The notes under the pieces: model-generated
Database searches by the model: none
What the model was told of the DNA's origin: nothing
What the model saw: only the letters and a program-made list of their open reading frames with translations
Part shown: piece after piece, positions 59,449 through 64,000 of the stretch
Layout of the letters: each line of letters opens with the position of its first letter
Numbering within the stretch: position 1 is the first letter of the stretch
Source: Malacoraja senta
Lineage: Eukaryota
Assembly: GCA_038087875.1 (NCBI GenBank)
Contig: CM075996.1
Span: 8,000,001 to 8,064,000, forward strand
DNA length: 64,000 nucleotides
Direction: 5' to 3'
Made by a program: the position numbers and the translations under genes

Positions 59449-61681
59449 CATAGAAACATAGAAAATAGGTGCAGGAGTAGGCCATTCGGCCCTTCGAGCC
59501 TGCACCGCCATTCAATATGATCATGGCTGATCATCCAACTCAGTATCCTGTACCTGCCTTCTCTCCATATCCCCTGATCCCTTTAGCCACAAGGGCCACA
59601 TCTAACTCCCTCTTAAATATAGCCAATGAACTGGCCTCAACTACCTTCTGTGGCAGAGAATTCCACAGATTCACCACTCTCTGTGTGAAAAATGTTTTCT
59701 CATCTCGGTCCTAAAAGACTTCCCCCTTATCCTTAAACTGTGACCACTTGTTCTGGACTTCCCCAACATCAGGAACAATCTTCCTGCATCTAGCCTGACC
59801 AACCCCTTAAGAATTTTGTACGTTTCTATAAGATCCCCCTCAATCTTCTAAATTCTAGCGAGTACAAGACGAGTCTATCCAGTCTTTCTTCATATGAAAG
59901 TCCTGCCATCCCAGGAATCAGTCTGGTGAACCTTCTCTGTACTCCCTCTATGGCAAGAATGTCTTTCCTCAGATTAGGAGACCAAAACTGTACACAATAC
60001 TCCAGGTGTGGTCTCACCAAGGCCCTGTACAACTGCAGTAGAACCTCCCTGCTCCTATACTCAAATCCTTTTGCTATGAATGCTAACATACCATTCGCTT
60101 TCTTCACTGCCTGCTGCACCTGCATGCCTACTTTCAATGACTCCTCACAGCTAACACTGCCCCCCAGCTTCGTGTCATCCGCAAACTTGGAGATGTTGCA
60201 TTCAATTCCCTCGTCCAAATCATGAATATATATTGTAAATAGCTGGGGTCCCAGCATTGAGCCTTGCGGTACCCCACTAGTCACTGCCTGCCATTGTGAA
60301 AAGGACCCGTTTACTCCTACTCTTTGCTTCCTGTTTGCCAGCCAGTTCTCTATCCGCATCAATACTGAACCCCCAATACCGTGTGCTTTAAGTTTGCATA
60401 CTAATCTCTAATGTGGGACCTTGTCAAAGCCTTCTGAAAGTCCAGATATAACACATCCACTGGTTCTCCCTTGTCCACTCTACTAGTTACATCCTCGAAA
60501 AATTCAATAAGATTCGTCAGACATGATTTACCTTTCATAAATCCATGCTGACTTTGTCCAATGATTTCACCACTTTCCAAATGTGCTGCTATCCTATCTT
60601 TAATAACTGACTAGCATTTTCCCCACTACCGATGTTAGACTAACTGGTCTGTAATTCCCCGTTTTCTCTCTCCCTCCCTTTTTTAAAAGTGGGGTTACAT
60701 TAGCTACCCTCTAATCCTCAGGAACTACTCCAGAATCTAAAGAGTTTTGAAAAATTATCACTAATGCATCCAATATTTCTGGGGCTACTTCCTTAAGTAC
60801 TCTGGGATGCAGCCTATCTGGCCCTGGGGATTTATCGGCCTTTAATCCATTCAATTTACCTAACACCACTTCCCGACTAACCTGGATTTCACTCAGTTCC
60901 TCCATCTCATTTGACCCCAGGTCCCCTGCTATTTCCGGCAGATTATTTATGTCTTCCTTAGTGAAGACAGAACCAAAGTAGTTATTCAATTGGTCTGCCA
61001 TGTCCTTGTTCCCCATGATCAATTCACCTTTTCTGACTGCAAGGGACCTACATTTGTTTTAACTAATCTTTTTCTCTTCACATATCTATAAAAACCTTTG
61101 CAGTCAGTTTTTAATGTTCCCTGCCAGTTTTCTTTCATAATCTATTTCCCCTTTCCTAATTATGCCCTTTGTCCTCCTCTGCTGGACTGAATTTCACCCG
61201 GTCCTCTGGTAGGCTGCTTTTTCTGGCTAATTTGTGTGCTTAATCTTTTGTTTTGATACTATCCCTGATTTCCCTTGTTATCCATGGATGCACTACCTTC
61301 CCTGATTTATTCTTTTACCAAACTGGGATGAACAAATGTTGTAGTTCATCCATGCAGTCTTTAAATGCCTTCCATTGCATATCCACCGGCAACCCTTTAA
61401 CGATCAATTGCCAGTCTATCTTGGCCAATTCACGTCTCATACCCTCAAAGTTACCTTTCTTTAAGTTCAGAACCCTTGTTTCTGAATTAACAATGTCACT
61501 CTCCATCCTAATGAAGAACTCAACCATATTATGGTCACTCTTGCCCAAGGGGCCACGCACAACAAGACTGCTAACTAACCCTTCCTCATTACTCAATACC
61601 CAGTCTAGAATAGGCTGCTCTCTCGTTGGTTCCTCTACATGTTGGTTTAGAAAACTATCCCGCATACATTCCAAGAAATCC
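59449..61681 (-). mobile_element. CR1-clade LINE (end of endonuclease plus RT), with an internal deletion near 60142
   Basis: LGKSDHNMVEF, KSPGPDRLHPRVLKE, KFADD; same family as 26059-27725. Confidence 0.92.
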
Positions 61682-62379
61682 GGCAACATCAGGTCAGCAG
61701 TCAAGTGTGTCTAACTGTACCTACTTCCCGATGGCAGGATTGAAATGAGTGTGTGGTCAGGGTGGTGTCGATGCCGACTGCCTTTTTTGAGGGAGTGCCT
61801 CCTATAGAGCCCTTGGATGTCAGACGGGGAAGTGTATATGACTTTTTGTAATCTCTTTCATTCCCGGGCATTGGAGTTGCCGAACCAGGCCGTGATGCAA
61901 CCAGTCATATTTAGTTTAGTTTAGGAAGGAACTGCAGATGCTGGTTTAAACCGAAGAGAGACACAGAATGCTAGATGGTCCTCACTTTGGACTTTTATAA
62001 GAAGCTTACGCAAATTTTAGTTTTATTATTATTCATTAGTAAGATGTGGCTGTCACTACCTTGGCCCTGCCATGCAGCTGCCCAGGAGACTGTGCTGTGG
62101 TGCCCTTTCCTGAACTGACTTTGCTGCAATCTAGTGTTTTACGAAGCCGTATCAGCAACTCACAGGGAGTTGTGAGTCTGTGGAAGTCTCTGCCTCAGAG
62201 GGCGGTGGAGGCCAGTTTCAAGAGAGAGCTAGATAGGGCTCTTAAAAATAGCGGAGTCAGGGGATATGGGGAGAAGGCAGGAACGGGGTACTGATTGGGG
62301 ATGATCAGCCATGATCACATTGAATGGCGGTGCTGGCTCAAAGGGCCGAATGGCCTACTCCTGCACCTACTGTCTATTG

Positions 62380-62940
62380 CAGGGGTGGGGAACCTTTTCA
62401 TGTTGGAATGCCGCATTAAATTAGCTGTAATCTAATAAGGCCGCATCCAAGAAACTTCAATTAGATATACTTCAAAATGTACATTATTTTGTACAAATCT
62501 AACCACTATGTGCTAACTTCAAGAAAATGAAAACATTTTGTTCATTCTAAAGTTAACTAACCTTTTAATGACTTTGTTGTGACTGCTTTTTGTGGGAAAG
62601 CATTTGAATATTTGCAACACGGAGGTATGCAGTTTCAGCTGATCTTCCTGATGGGTGTCTGTCATTTGTGAGAGCGTGTTGATTTGGGTTGGGCAGGAGA
62701 ATAGATTCGCAGCAATAAGTGGTTGAAAAGCAAGAAAGCATATTTCGTGCGGGGAGGATTATTTCGTTGAATCTTATAAGCTTTGGTATTTTAAATACGT
62801 TCATTTTAAGATTAAAATTAAAATAATAAAAGACGAACAAAAACATATTAATAAAAATAAAAGGATTTGTTCTACAAAATTTGGATTCATTCAAAAGGCC
62901 GCACTTAATGGCCTAGAAGGCCGCAGGTTCCCCACCCCTG
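62380..62940. mobile_element. hAT (Charlie-like) MITE
   Basis: 16-bp TIR caggggtggggaacct; perfect 8-bp TSD gtctattg. Confidence 0.9.
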
Positions 62941-64000
62941 GTCTATTGTCTAACCAGTCTCTTGTTGTGGAGTCACAACTAAGCCACATTACGCAAGGAC
63001 TCCAACAGACCACATGTGTTTCCATGCCATCTGACCAGTACCGGATTATCCACTATCAATACTATCTTTTATTATCCCAGATAAGCACATGGATATGCAG
63101 GGGATGGAGGTCTCAGGATCAAATGCATGCAGAGGAGATTAGGTCTGAAAAGGGGTCTCACCCATTCCTTCCCTCCAGAGATGCTGCCTGTCCCGCTGAG
63201 TTACTCCAGCACTTTGTGTCTAACTTGGCAGTTTAACTTGCTGAGTCGGTGGGACGAAGGGCCTGTTTCCACGCTGTATCTCTAAACTAAACTAATCCAT
63301 CATTAGTACTATCTTTATTTTAATCTGAGAGGCACAGGGGTATGCAGGTAGTGGAGGGATAGTGATCACATGCAGGCAGAAGAGATTAGTTGAACTTGGC
63401 ATCATGTTTTGCATGTACATTGTAGCTGAAGAACCTGTTCCTGTTCTGCACTGTTGAATGCTCGATTTGCTTAATGAATTTGAATTCTCCAGCTCTTTGA
63501 TGAGATCATAAGACATAGGAGCAGAATTCTTTGCACATCTTTCATTAATTTGATCTATATCTCTCTATAATCACCATCTACATATCTCATTTCCCTTTCC
63601 CCTGACTCTCAGTCTGAAGAAAGGTCTCGACCCGAAAGGTCACCTGCTCCTTTCCTGCAGAGAAGCTGTCTGACCCTCTGAGTTACTCCAGCATTTTGTG
63701 TCTATCTTGTGTTTAATTGTCATATGTACCAAGGACAGAACAATAACATTCTTACTTGCAGCAGCATAACAGGCACAATACACATAGATAATATATTTTA
63801 AAAAATCAATAAATCAATAACCATAATACTAGTGCAACGAAAAGCCCCAAAGTTCTGAGTGTAACCAAAGACAGTCCATAGGAGTTCACAGTTGACTTAA
63901 CGTTGAGTGGTGTTCAAGAGCTTGATGGTTATGGGGAACGAGCAATTCTTAGTTCAGTTTAGTTTACTGTCATGTGTACCGAGGTACACTGAAAAGCTTT

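Overview
Repeat-rich vertebrate genomic DNA. The repeat families (V-SINE/HE1-like SINEs, CR1, Penelope-like palindromes) suggest a cartilaginous fish such as a skate or ray; this is an inference. Two 200-N assembly gaps lie at 6480-6679 and 51010-51209. Three partial spliced genes are present: the last five coding exons of MCM5 (+, 1250-6078), the last two coding exons of NAGA (+, 9276-13480), and six exons of a serine hydrolase-like gene SERHL/SERHL2 (-, 56963 down to 36010). The SERHL gene has two 1-bp frameshifts and a C-terminal SKL peroxisomal signal once the frame is corrected. The rest is nested mobile DNA: CR1, Rex1/Babar-like and Tx1-like LINEs, tRNA-derived SINEs, PIF/Harbinger and hAT MITEs, a solo LTR and a 2.1-kb non-autonomous Helitron. 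The most interesting signals are RNA-structural. (1) A ~130-140 nt TSD-flanked retroposon occurs twice; its 5' 54 nt fold as a minimal HDV/CPEB3-like ribozyme, with a compensatory base-pair change between the copies. (2) Many Penelope-derived repeats carry minimal hammerhead ribozyme cores. All homology calls are by eye from remembered family features; no searches were run. Repeat boundaries are approximate unless a TSD is quoted.
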